A program made the position numbers and the translations under genes. A stretch of DNA of 23,312 nt from a virus (lineage: Duplodnaviria > Heunggongvirae > Uroviricota > Caudoviricetes): the IMG/VR virus record IMGVR_UViG_2617270991_000003; one strand, written 5' to 3'. Shown here one piece after another: positions 1-6,718 of the stretch (the first letter of the stretch is position 1; every line of letters starts with the position of its first letter). Below the pieces are notes generated by a model that did not search any database, was not told the DNA's origin, and saw nothing but the letters and a program-made list of their open reading frames with translations.

Positions 1-2053
1 CCAGATCGATAGTCTTACTAAATTCCGGTCCCATATCTCCGGTTTGCGGATCGAAAAATATTGCACCTATTGAGATGATCGGGGCATCAGGATTTTTTCC
101 CATGGTTTCAAGGTCGATCATTAGATGGTCACACGTCCTGCTGGTGGATGTGATTTCTTGATGACCGTTCACCTTAATTGAGTGATCTGCCGTCTCGCCA
201 GTTTCATTATCGCTATCGTGATGCTGATTGCCGCCAGTGTTCTCCTTGTGTGGATGTTCAGCGCCTTCCATTTCCTCCGGATCATCTTCCTGAACTTCAG
301 GCTGATACTCTTCATCGAATGTTTCCTGGTATGTTGCGTCGCCCATTACCGCGCCACAATCAGGGCAGTTGCCGCCGCCGGTCTGACCGCAGGCGGTGCA
401 GACTTTTTCCACTTCCTGTTGCGCCACTGATTCAGGCTGTTTCGTTTCTGGCTCGTTTTGTAACGCATTTGGGCTGTTTTGTTCCGCTTTCTGGTCGTTC
501 TGTTCCGTTTCTTGCTGGTTCTGGTTCACAGAATCGCGGGTCTGGTTCCCCTTAACCCATTTCGGATCATTCGGGTCGCTAATCCCTTCAACAAATTCAC
601 CACGTGATACTGCAAGCAGTTCATCGGCGTCAGGCTGGCTGATATTGGCTGCCTGCATAATTTTGTTTACTTCGTCAGCGGTAACTTTTACCGGCTCTGG
701 TTGTGCGGTCGTGTCAGATGCACCAGTATTTTGTTGTGAACCTGAGTATGTACCGTTTTTACGTGCGAAGTATTCCTCTTTTGTGATTTCCGTAGCTCCC
801 AGGGCCAGTGCTTTTTCCAGACCAGAAAGTTTGTTTGCGCGACCGTATTTTTCGCCGTCCTTATCGGTGAAAAGGAAGTAGAACGGTCCCTCACGCTCTA
901 CAGATGGTTCGTCTTCCACTTCGCATTCGGTTTTTTCGTTGTCCGGCATTGCCGTTTCCACTGCATCAGTTTCTGGTACTGGTGACGGGAGAGTACCAGC
1001 TGTGCCCTGATTTGTTCCTTCGTCATCTTCAAACACGCCCTTGGTAGTCAGGTATTCAGTGATGTATTTGTTCAGTGCTACGGGATCTTTGTGAATGTCG
1101 ATCGGACGTTCACGGACAAGGCCAAAAATAGTCTGGCGGTCGTAGCGAAGGGCATCAGGCTGTTTGCGCATTGATGCCGAGATACGCTTCCAGTCTTCGC
1201 GGTCGTTGTCGATAACTTCATTTTTTGCCCAGCGATGGATGCTGCCGTCAATGTTTCCGGCATCCACATCATCAGGCCAGAGAGCGTAGGCCAGTTCGTC
1301 ATCCAGTGTTTTCCATGTCTGCTTGTATTCGCGATGAATGGCAGCAATGACCGGGCTGATTTTTCCTGTTGAATTTTCACTGTGCTGTTGATTGGTTCTG
1401 GCGCGGGCGAGATCAACAACAGACGTGTATTTTCCGGTTTCCTTGCGTTCACCTTCGCGACGTTTTTTCCAGATGCGCATCTCTGCCTGAATTTCGGGCC
1501 ATTTGGCACCAGGCTTACATTTATGCTTAACCCACCCGATGGCATGCAGCTTAAGCTCCGGATACATGGCGTTAACTTCTGGCATTTTCATCAACGCTTC
1601 AACGATATGTCCGTCGAATGTTGCCATGTCTTCCTGCAACAATTCCTGTGCGCTAATAACCATATCAACGGTGATGTTTTCACATGTGTCGAACTTAACC
1701 ATGACAGCGTTCTGTACTTCAGGGGCCAGCTTGTCAAAAGTGACGTTCATCGGATCGGATTCAGTCTCAACCGGGACAAAGGAAGCAGACTCCTCATCCC
1801 AGCGGTTTTCCTGCATATATTCAGCATCCCAGGAATCGAGGGCAGGGCGGGGTATACCGGGTTTATCCTCGCAGACAAGAAATTTATAAGCGCAGTCCTG
1901 AGCAGCCGGATAATGTTCCAGGAATTGCCAGTGAAATTTTGCGCGGGCGCGACGTTCATCACCGGCTTCAATGGCAGTGGCTACAGCGACGGCACCTTCT
2001 TCCTTTATTGCCTGTTCGTCCGGAATGGCGGCGCAAATAAAGACTTTACTCAT
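1..2053 (-). CDS. Large prophage exonuclease-family protein, 5' portion (about 684 codons); C-terminal part lies beyond the window start
   Basis: Hand translation of the minus strand is open from ATG at 2053 (GAGGT RBS about 9 nt upstream) to the window edge; not in the ORF track, presumably because it is edge-truncated. Protein-like sequence (MSKVFICAAIPDEQ...), Cys4 ribbon CTACGQTGGGNCPDCG, and at the window edge a DnaQ/DEDD-like Exo I motif MIDLETMG..ISIGAIFFD. Plus-strand ORFs 178-881 and 1382-2113 are shadows. Confidence 0.55.
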   Translation of the reverse strand, partial: MSKVFICAAIPDEQAIKEEGAVAVATAIEAGDERRARAKFHWQFLEHYPAAQDCAYKFLVCEDKPGIPRPALDSWDAEYMQENRWDEESASFVPVETESDPMNVTFDKLAPEVQNAVMVKFDTCENITVDMVISAQELLQEDMATFDGHIVEALMKMPEVNAMYPELKLHAIGWVKHKCKPGAKWPEIQAEMRIWKKRREGERKETGKYTSVVDLARARTNQQHSENSTGKISPVIAAIHREYKQTWKTLDDELAYALWPDDVDAGNIDGSIHRWAKNEVIDNDREDWKRISASMRKQPDALRYDRQTIFGLVRERPIDIHKDPVALNKYITEYLTTKGVFEDDEGTNQGTAGTLPSPVPETDAVETAMPDNEKTECEVEDEPSVEREGPFYFLFTDKDGEKYGRANKLSGLEKALALGATEITKEEYFARKNGTYSGSQQNTGASDTTAQPEPVKVTADEVNKIMQAANISQPDADELLAVSRGEFVEGISDPNDPKWVKGNQTRDSVNQNQQETEQNDQKAEQNSPNALQNEPETKQPESVAQQEVEKVCTACGQTGGGNCPDCGAVMGDATYQETFDEEYQPEVQEDDPEEMEGAEHPHKENTGGNQHHDSDNETGETADHSIKVNGHQEITSTSRTCDHLMIDLETMGKNPDAPIISIGAIFFDPQTGDMGPEFSKTIDL

Positions 2054-2145
2054 TTTGTTTTACCTCATTACAGATTTAAGGGTGAACAAATCCCTGCCAT
2101 TGCTGGCATATAAGAATGAAACCGGATATTTATTACGGAACTGTT

Positions 2146-2337
2146 TTAAAGACCTGCCGGGATTTCGTTATTATCCTGGTGAATAACTTTATCGACCGGG
2201 TAACAGTTACCGGGAATTTTCTGTTCCGCTGCGGCAGCCATGCATTCTTTCATTGAGTTGTACATGCCGGTGATTGCATCAAGCGACTCACCAGTATTGA
2301 GATATACAGTCAGAATGAGTATGAATAATGTGTTCAT
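2146..2337 (-). CDS. Small protein with hydrophobic N-terminus (63 aa), YdfD-like by size and position (putative lysis/membrane peptide)
   Basis: ATG at 2337 with GGAGAG RBS 5 nt upstream (track ORF starts at an in-frame GTG at 2343); MNTLFILILTVYL hydrophobic segment; lies directly downstream of the dicB-like gene as ydfD does in Qin. Confidence 0.5.
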   Translation of the reverse strand: MNTLFILILTVYLNTGESLDAITGMYNSMKECMAAAAEQKIPGNCYPVDKVIHQDNNEIPAGL

Positions 2338-2522
2338 CGCCACTCTCCGAAAATACCGAGTTTAAGAAGGGCAATTCTGGAGAGTATGGAATTGTCATTC
2401 AGCAGGTAGGGTTCATATTTTCTCATATTGATTGCATCCTCGGTGAAATCCCTGTTACTGAGCAGAACACCAATATTAAAGCACCCGTCAGACGTATTAA
2501 CGTTTGGTAGTGACGTTTCCAT
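2334..2522 (-). CDS. dicB: DicB-like cell-division inhibitor (62 aa)
   Basis: N-terminus METSLPNVNTSDGCFNIGV..SN..FTEDAIN.RK matches my recollection of Qin DicB (MKTLLPNVNTSEGCFEIGV...FTEDAINKRK); AGGA RBS 7-8 nt upstream; 4-nt overlap with the downstream gene. Confidence 0.7.
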   Translation of the reverse strand: METSLPNVNTSDGCFNIGVLLSNRDFTEDAINMRKYEPYLLNDNSILSRIALLKLGIFGEWR

Positions 2523-2532
2523 TATCGCGTCC

Positions 2533-3090
2533 TCAACAATGAATTTTTAGCAATTGCTCCACAGTCATATTTTTAATTGCGCTCCGGTTTACAAGAGTCC
2601 ATCCTTGTTTCTCCAGATAAAACCGGAAGGTATCCAGGGTGCAGACCATTGCGCCGTCAGGAACGGTTTCAGTGAATTTGATATTGCCGTGTTCGTCGAG
2701 ACGGATAACCAGGGTGCGTCCGTCCCCGTGAATCATTTTGTCGGGAGACGGGGCGTTATTCTGGCGCAGTTCTTCCTCCATGCGATCGAACTCAGCGATG
2801 TAGGCTTCTTTGAAAGTTGCGGCTTTTTTACCTGTGAACCCCATCACCAGGAAAACGAAGCCGTTTTTGGTGATTTGGTACATGGGGCGTTTTTCGCCTT
2901 TGGCGTCGGTGTAGGTAACGGGCGTAAAATTGCGCTCGTTAAAATCTTCAGAGCATTCTAGCGTTTCAATTTTGCGCAGAACGTCCTTGTGCATTTTGCG
3001 GAAGAACTCTGCAACCGCAACAGACGTAGTGACAGCGCGACCATTTTCGATGGTTACGTCAGGGTGAGAAAGGGTAGGGATAGTAGCCAT
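2533..3090 (-). CDS. rha: Rha-family phage regulatory protein (185 aa)
   Basis: MATIPTLSHPDVTIENGRAVTTSVAVAEFFRKMHKDVLRKI...KNGFVFLVMGFTGKKAATFKEAYIAEFDRME fits the Rha domain pattern; ATG at 3090 with AGAGG RBS. The track ORF extends in frame to 3387 but that extension contains an intrinsic terminator. Confidence 0.7.
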   Translation of the reverse strand: MATIPTLSHPDVTIENGRAVTTSVAVAEFFRKMHKDVLRKIETLECSEDFNERNFTPVTYTDAKGEKRPMYQITKNGFVFLVMGFTGKKAATFKEAYIAEFDRMEEELRQNNAPSPDKMIHGDGRTLVIRLDEHGNIKFTETVPDGAMVCTLDTFRFYLEKQGWTLVNRSAIKNMTVEQLLKIHC

Positions 3091-3257
3091 AATGGCAGCC
3101 TCTTGGTTGAGTATTAATAACTCACCACCAAGGTTTTCCACGACCATAAGGGTGGTGAGGCGTACAGGGGTGGAAATACCGGTCAACCAAGAATCCGGCC
3201 AGCCTTGCAGCTGCCCTGCACGCCCCACCATAATCTGAATGTGGCTGTGCTTGACGC

Positions 3258-3282
3258 ATAAAAAAACCGCCTGAGCGCGGTT
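3258..3282 (-). terminator. Rho-independent terminator (leftward transcription) just upstream of rha
   Basis: Minus strand reads AACCGCGCTCAGGCGG followed by TTTTTTTA: short GC stem (CCGC/GCGG) plus a 7-nt U-run. Confidence 0.5.
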
Positions 3283-3564
3283 ATGCGCTTGATTGAATTC
3301 CGGGTTTCCACGCCCGGCACCCGTTTTATGAGGTGCAGGAGCACTATAATTCCACCCGTTCTGGTTTTCAATAGCTACATTCAACATTTTCTCTTACCTT
3401 TCATCACCGAAGTGAACTTTGTTGATGCGGTGCCTGGTGCCTCCAGGTGACGTTAACCAGTTAACAATTAACGCCGGATACAGAGAATCCACCCATAACA
3501 CTGTTTTTGGTTTTAACTGTTCCGCGTGCGCTTAGCCGCATTCACCGCATCACAAAATTCACTT

Positions 3565-3622
3565 TAAAAAGGGTGGCAGAGCAGTCACGGAGTAGAACTG
3601 ATGCCACCAAAGACTACACATG
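3565..3622 (-). ncRNA. dicF: DicF-like small RNA (3' hairpin and terminator conserved)
   Basis: Minus strand TTTGGTGGCATCAGTTCTACTCCGTGACTGCTCTGCCACCCTTTTT closely matches my recollection of E. coli DicF 3' two-thirds (..TTTGGCGGTATCAGTTTTACTCCGTGACTGCTCTGCCGCCCTTTTT), with compensatory GGCGG/GCCGCC to GGTGG/GCCACC changes preserving the stem; sits between ydfC-like and dicB-like genes as in Qin. Confidence 0.6.
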
Positions 3623-3944
3623 GGTATTGTGGCGGGGCTGTCACTTAAGCGTATGGTCAACCTGACAACCCGGTGCATTTTCTGGAGCAATGGAGGAAAC
3701 CCCAGCCATACTTACCGCCGCGCCATTTCGCGGAGTGCCACAACCGGAAGCGCACGGTCGAACTAAATTTAACGACACCGTACAGAGAGACCAATTTCGC
3801 CGTGCGCTTTCGCGTTATGCCCTGACTTTTCAGGGACATATCCTTTCAGTAAACTGTCAGTGCCGGATGTTCACCCGTGTCCGGCGCACGCACTCCACCT
3901 GACCCGTGGAGAACTCCTTAATTACCAACCCTCAGGAGGGTGAA

Positions 3945-4223
3945 ATGGATAAAAAGCAAATTGAGGCCCTGCAATCTATTATTGAAAAACAAGATGAAGC
4001 TATCAGGATTCTTTCATATCGCACTGATATGATACTAAATATGCTTTCTGCATTAACGGCTGCGCTTGGTGGTACAAAAACAAACGTATACCGCGAAGTT
4101 GTTATTCAACAGATAGATAAATTTGAAAAAACCATACCAGGTATTAATGCTCATCTTGCAGAACAAGAGAAAGACCATGCTCTTATGGCAATTTCTTCAG
4201 TAGCTCTCCCGAAAGTTGAGTAG
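3945..4223 (+). CDS. Hypothetical protein (92 aa), convergent with and overlapping the 3' end of the 133-aa minus-strand gene
   Basis: ATG at 3945 preceded by AGGAGG with 6-nt spacer; clean ORF MDKKQIEALQSIIEKQDEAIRIL...; AT-rich codon usage unlike neighbours; no recognisable domain. Confidence 0.5.
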   Translation: MDKKQIEALQSIIEKQDEAIRILSYRTDMILNMLSALTAALGGTKTNVYREVVIQQIDKFEKTIPGINAHLAEQEKDHALMAISSVALPKVE

Positions 4224-4584
4224 TTTTAATTGTTGTTTTGAAATAATCACTGCTTTCACATTTGAGTGATTTCATGGCAATCCAAATGCGGGCCTCTGTG
4301 CCTGCATTTGGTTCCAGTTGCTGTAGACGTTTTGCGTCTTCCAAAAGTAAGGCGATAATGTGTTTCAGCTTCTCATCATTTGCTTGATTCTTGTTTTCAG
4401 GCGAATTCTGTCCGCCGAATAGGCGCTTCTCTTCATACAGACCTATAAAGGCACGACGCACGTTACCGGATATAGTATCGATGGTTTCCTTTTCTACAGT
4501 ACTCAGGTCAAGAGTCGCCAGTTGAGAGCGAACCACATTCGCTGCCATTTCCTGGAATGGCATTGGTAAATCTTTAAATTCCAT
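4183..4584 (-). CDS. Hypothetical protein (133 aa)
   Basis: Track ORF; ATG at 4584 with GAGG RBS 8 nt upstream; plausible protein MEFKDLPMPFQEMAANVVRSQLATL...; no domain recognised. Confidence 0.55.
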   Translation of the reverse strand: MEFKDLPMPFQEMAANVVRSQLATLDLSTVEKETIDTISGNVRRAFIGLYEEKRLFGGQNSPENKNQANDEKLKHIIALLLEDAKRLQQLEPNAGTEARIWIAMKSLKCESSDYFKTTIKTTQLSGELLKKLP

Positions 4585-4606
4585 TATTAGCCTCGTTGGT
4601 TAGCTA

Positions 4607-4825
4607 TTAACGTGGGTATGTAACCATTCTGGCAATGCTTAATGCCGCTGCTTTTTCCAGCCTGGTGATATCCTGCTCCAGAGCGGACAGATTTTCAGCC
4701 TGCTTAGTCCTGGCTTCATTGGCCCATTTCAGATCCTGCGCTGCATTAATTTTCTGGTGCATCCACTCATAAAGTTCATCATCGGTATAGTCTGGCGCGA
4801 TGATGACGGGTTCTCGTTTCTGCAT
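4607..4825 (-). CDS. Small hypothetical protein (72 aa), YdfC-like by size and position
   Basis: Track ORF; ATG at 4825 with GAGGAA RBS 7 nt upstream. Confidence 0.55.
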   Translation of the reverse strand: MQKREPVIIAPDYTDDELYEWMHQKINAAQDLKWANEARTKQAENLSALEQDITRLEKAAALSIARMVTYPR

Positions 4826-4854
4826 ACTGATTCCTCGCGGTGCTGCTTCGCTTA

Positions 4855-4983
4855 TCAGCCGTTAGATTTTGCCGAGCTGGAAAGCGCCTGTTTAAACTCA
4901 CTGAAGCTGAGAGCTTCTTCGCCTTCGGCAAGGCCTTCGAAGTATTCTTCGTAAGCCTTTTCCATGATTGTGTCGAAATCCAT
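4855..4983 (-). CDS. Small hypothetical protein (42 aa), YdfB-like by size and position
   Basis: Hand-found ORF (below the track length cut-off): MDFDTIMEKAYEEYFEGLAEGEEALSFSEFKQALSSSAKSNG; GGTGAG 4 nt upstream; start lies 1 nt after the stop of the upstream small gene. Confidence 0.45.
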   Translation of the reverse strand: MDFDTIMEKAYEEYFEGLAEGEEALSFSEFKQALSSSAKSNG

Positions 4984-4984
4984 A

Positions 4985-5140
4985 TCACTCACCTGAGTTT
5001 CTTTCCAGCCAGCGACGGGCACCATTTTCGGTTTTAAACGTTTTGCTTTTGGTATACGTCATCGCGGTGAATGTGCCGTCCTGGTTGGGAAACACGCCGT
5101 ACACCAGAGATTCGTTGTTGCCAAGCTCGATAGTATCCAT
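4985..5140 (-). CDS. Small hypothetical protein (51 aa), YdfA-like by size and position; first gene of the leftward early operon
   Basis: Hand-found ORF: MDTIELGNNESLVYGVFPNQDGTFTAMTYTKSKTFKTENGARRWLERNSGE; GAGGT RBS 6 nt upstream of ATG at 5140. Confidence 0.5.
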   Translation of the reverse strand: MDTIELGNNESLVYGVFPNQDGTFTAMTYTKSKTFKTENGARRWLERNSGE

Positions 5141-5211
5141 GCTGACCTCATTTCCCCTTAACGCCGGGTGGCGGAACTAAAACCTACAGCGCCGTGCTGT
5201 TCTTGATAGAA

Positions 5212-5240
5212 ATATTAGTAACGCGGATATTTTAAGTCAA
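5212..5240 (-). promoter_or_regulatory. pL-like sigma70 promoter for the leftward early operon, inside an inverted repeat (candidate operator)
   Basis: Minus strand TTGACT, 17-nt spacer, TAATAT; embedded in inverted repeat TTGATAGAAATAT...ATATTTTAAGTCAA (5203-5240). Confidence 0.45.
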
Positions 5241-5336
5241 CAGTATGGCGTATGATATTTTTGATTTGGTAACTATGTAAATGTTTTTTCAAGGGAAAAA
5301 TATTAGTTATACAGCTGATTTGCAGAAGTTATGGCA

Positions 5337-5367
5337 CAAAAAAACCGACTAAGACGTCGGTTTTTTT
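5337..5367. terminator. Bidirectional rho-independent terminator downstream of the repressor gene
   Basis: A-run, CCGAC stem, TAAGAC loop, GTCGG stem, T7 run; reads as hairpin plus U-tract on both strands. Confidence 0.55.
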
Positions 5368-5393
5368 GTTGTGGATGGGGTAGTGAGCGGTGG

Positions 5394-5855
5394 CTACTGG
5401 TTACGTTTCTTTAGTGCCAGCATGTTCTCGAAGGCTTCCTCGTAGAGCTTGTTTAGTCCACGTAGCTGGTTAAGGAGTTTGGCTTTTTCTGACGCAGGTA
5501 GAATCTCGAAGAGGTTAAGTAACTCTGCCTGTTCTTCATTGACCAGCCTCCATCCTTTGCCTGAAAAGTTATCATCATAAGTATCTGATGATCTTACATA
5601 ATTCATTAAGTCTTTAAGGTCTTCTCGAATGTCCTCTGGTTTTACCTTTAACAGAGCCGCAAATTTTAGCGCAGCGTCGGTATTTACCGGTATCTTGCCG
5701 TTCAGATACTGGCTAACGGTGCCTTGAGATTCGAATCCCAACAACTCAGCCGCCAGCTCTTGAGTCAGCTTCAGCTCTTTTTTTCTTGCATTCCATGCGG
5801 CTTTTAAATTCTTGTTCGCTTCTGGAGTTGCAATCACTTCGCGTGTTTTTTTCAT
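5394..5855 (-). CDS. Prophage repressor, HTH (XRE-type) N-terminus, no LexA-like S24 peptidase domain (DicA/RacR-like, 153 aa)
   Basis: Track ORF; HTH signature LTQELAAELLGFESQGTVSQYLNG; C-terminal helical tail ..EEQAELLNLFEILPASEKAKLL.. resembles DicA C-terminus as I recall it; no Ala-Gly/Ser..Lys autocleavage motifs; divergent from a cro-like gene. Confidence 0.75.
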   Translation of the reverse strand: MKKTREVIATPEANKNLKAAWNARKKELKLTQELAAELLGFESQGTVSQYLNGKIPVNTDAALKFAALLKVKPEDIREDLKDLMNYVRSSDTYDDNFSGKGWRLVNEEQAELLNLFEILPASEKAKLLNQLRGLNKLYEEAFENMLALKKRNQ

Positions 5856-5861
5856 ACATAG

Positions 5862-5889
5862 AGTTTATTTGTTTTACCAATATTATCAA
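5862..5889 (-). promoter_or_regulatory. pRM-like promoter for the repressor gene (near-leaderless transcript)
   Basis: Minus strand TTGATA, 16-nt spacer, TAAACT, with the -10 ending about 7 nt before the repressor ATG at 5855. Confidence 0.4.
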
Positions 5890-5903
5890 AGATAGTCTGG
5901 CTA

Positions 5904-5932
5904 TTGATCTTTAAAATTAGTGGGGCTAATAT
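5904..5932 (+). promoter_or_regulatory. pR-like sigma70 promoter for the cro-like/replication operon
   Basis: TTGATC, 17-nt spacer, TAATAT, about 30 nt upstream of the cro-like RBS. Confidence 0.5.
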
Positions 5933-5962
5933 TTGCTCGAGGCATAACGTAGAAGGTTGGCT

Positions 5963-6238
5963 ATGAACTTAAGAGACTATTTAAAAGAGAAACATATCAC
6001 CCAGCTACAGTTTGGGAAGCTAACGGGTTTATCTCAGGTGCATGTAAGTCGAGTGCTGGGGGGCTATGAAAGATTCAGCCCTGAAAAAGCATTACGTGTT
6101 GCTGAAGTAACGAATTTCGAGGTTACACCTCATGAACTCCGGCCTGATATTTACCCGAATCCAACCGACGGCTTACCTGTTGGATTCAAGGCTAACACAC
6201 CAAATGCATCGGAGTTGATTCATGAAAATCAGGCATGA
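5963..6238 (+). CDS. Cro-like HTH DNA-binding protein (Cro/DicC/YdaS-type, 91 aa)
   Basis: ATG at 5963 with GAAGG RBS (track begins at upstream TTG); HTH motif ITQLQFGKLTGLSQVHVSRVLGG; divergent from the repressor. Confidence 0.7.
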   Translation: MNLRDYLKEKHITQLQFGKLTGLSQVHVSRVLGGYERFSPEKALRVAEVTNFEVTPHELRPDIYPNPTDGLPVGFKANTPNASELIHENQA

Positions 6239-6647
6239 GCACATCCGCATGGCGATGAATGCCTGGGCGCATCCGGACGGTGAAAAAGTTCCGGCAGCTG
6301 AAATAACCCGGGCTTATTTTGAGCTTGGTATGACGTTCCCGGAATTATATGACGACAGCCATCCGGAAGCCCTGGCTCGCAATACCCAGAAAATTTTCCG
6401 CTGGGTGGAGAAAGACACTCCTGATGCGGTTAAAAAAATTCAGGCGTTGTTACCAGCGATCGAAAAAGCAATGCCGCCTCTGCTGGTGGCCCGAATGCGC
6501 AGCCACAGTTCAGCTTATTTTCGGGAGCTGGTGGAGACGCGGGAACGACTGGTGAGAGACGCTGATGATTTTGTCGCAGTGGCGATCGCTGGTTTCAACC
6601 AGATGAATCGTGGTGGCCCTGCAGGAAATATTGTGGCTGTGCATTGA
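6222..6647 (+). CDS. YdaT-like (CII-position) regulatory protein, 141 aa
   Basis: Track ORF; GGAG RBS; overlaps the cro-like stop; size, position after the cro-like gene and MKI.HEHI...IVAVH ends fit my recollection of the Rac YdaT family. Confidence 0.45.
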   Translation: MKIRHEHIRMAMNAWAHPDGEKVPAAEITRAYFELGMTFPELYDDSHPEALARNTQKIFRWVEKDTPDAVKKIQALLPAIEKAMPPLLVARMRSHSSAYFRELVETRERLVRDADDFVAVAIAGFNQMNRGGPAGNIVAVH

Positions 6648-6718
6648 CTCGCAATATTCATACCGGATCACTTCCGGCAATTTGTGAGTAAAAAGATTCG
6701 GTATCAGAAGAGGTGAGT

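Noticed and set aside
178-2113. Long plus-strand ORFs (178-555, 182-430, 396-881, 1382-2113, 1503-1889) and other-frame minus ORFs (688-894, 1078-1545, 1747-1971)
   Set aside because: They lie within or antisense to the continuous exonuclease reading frame that runs from 2053 to the window edge; translations are low-complexity and lack RBS; interpreted as shadow ORFs.
2533-3387. Full 284-aa track ORF as the Rha protein
   Set aside because: The recognisable Rha domain begins at the internal Met at 3090 with its own RBS, and the upstream extension would run through an intrinsic terminator hairpin and U-run (3258-3282); kept only as an alternative start.
3657-3902. Track ORFs 3657-3839 (-) and 3690-3902 (+)
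   Set aside because: No RBS, implausible composition, located in structured non-coding DNA next to the DicF-like RNA.
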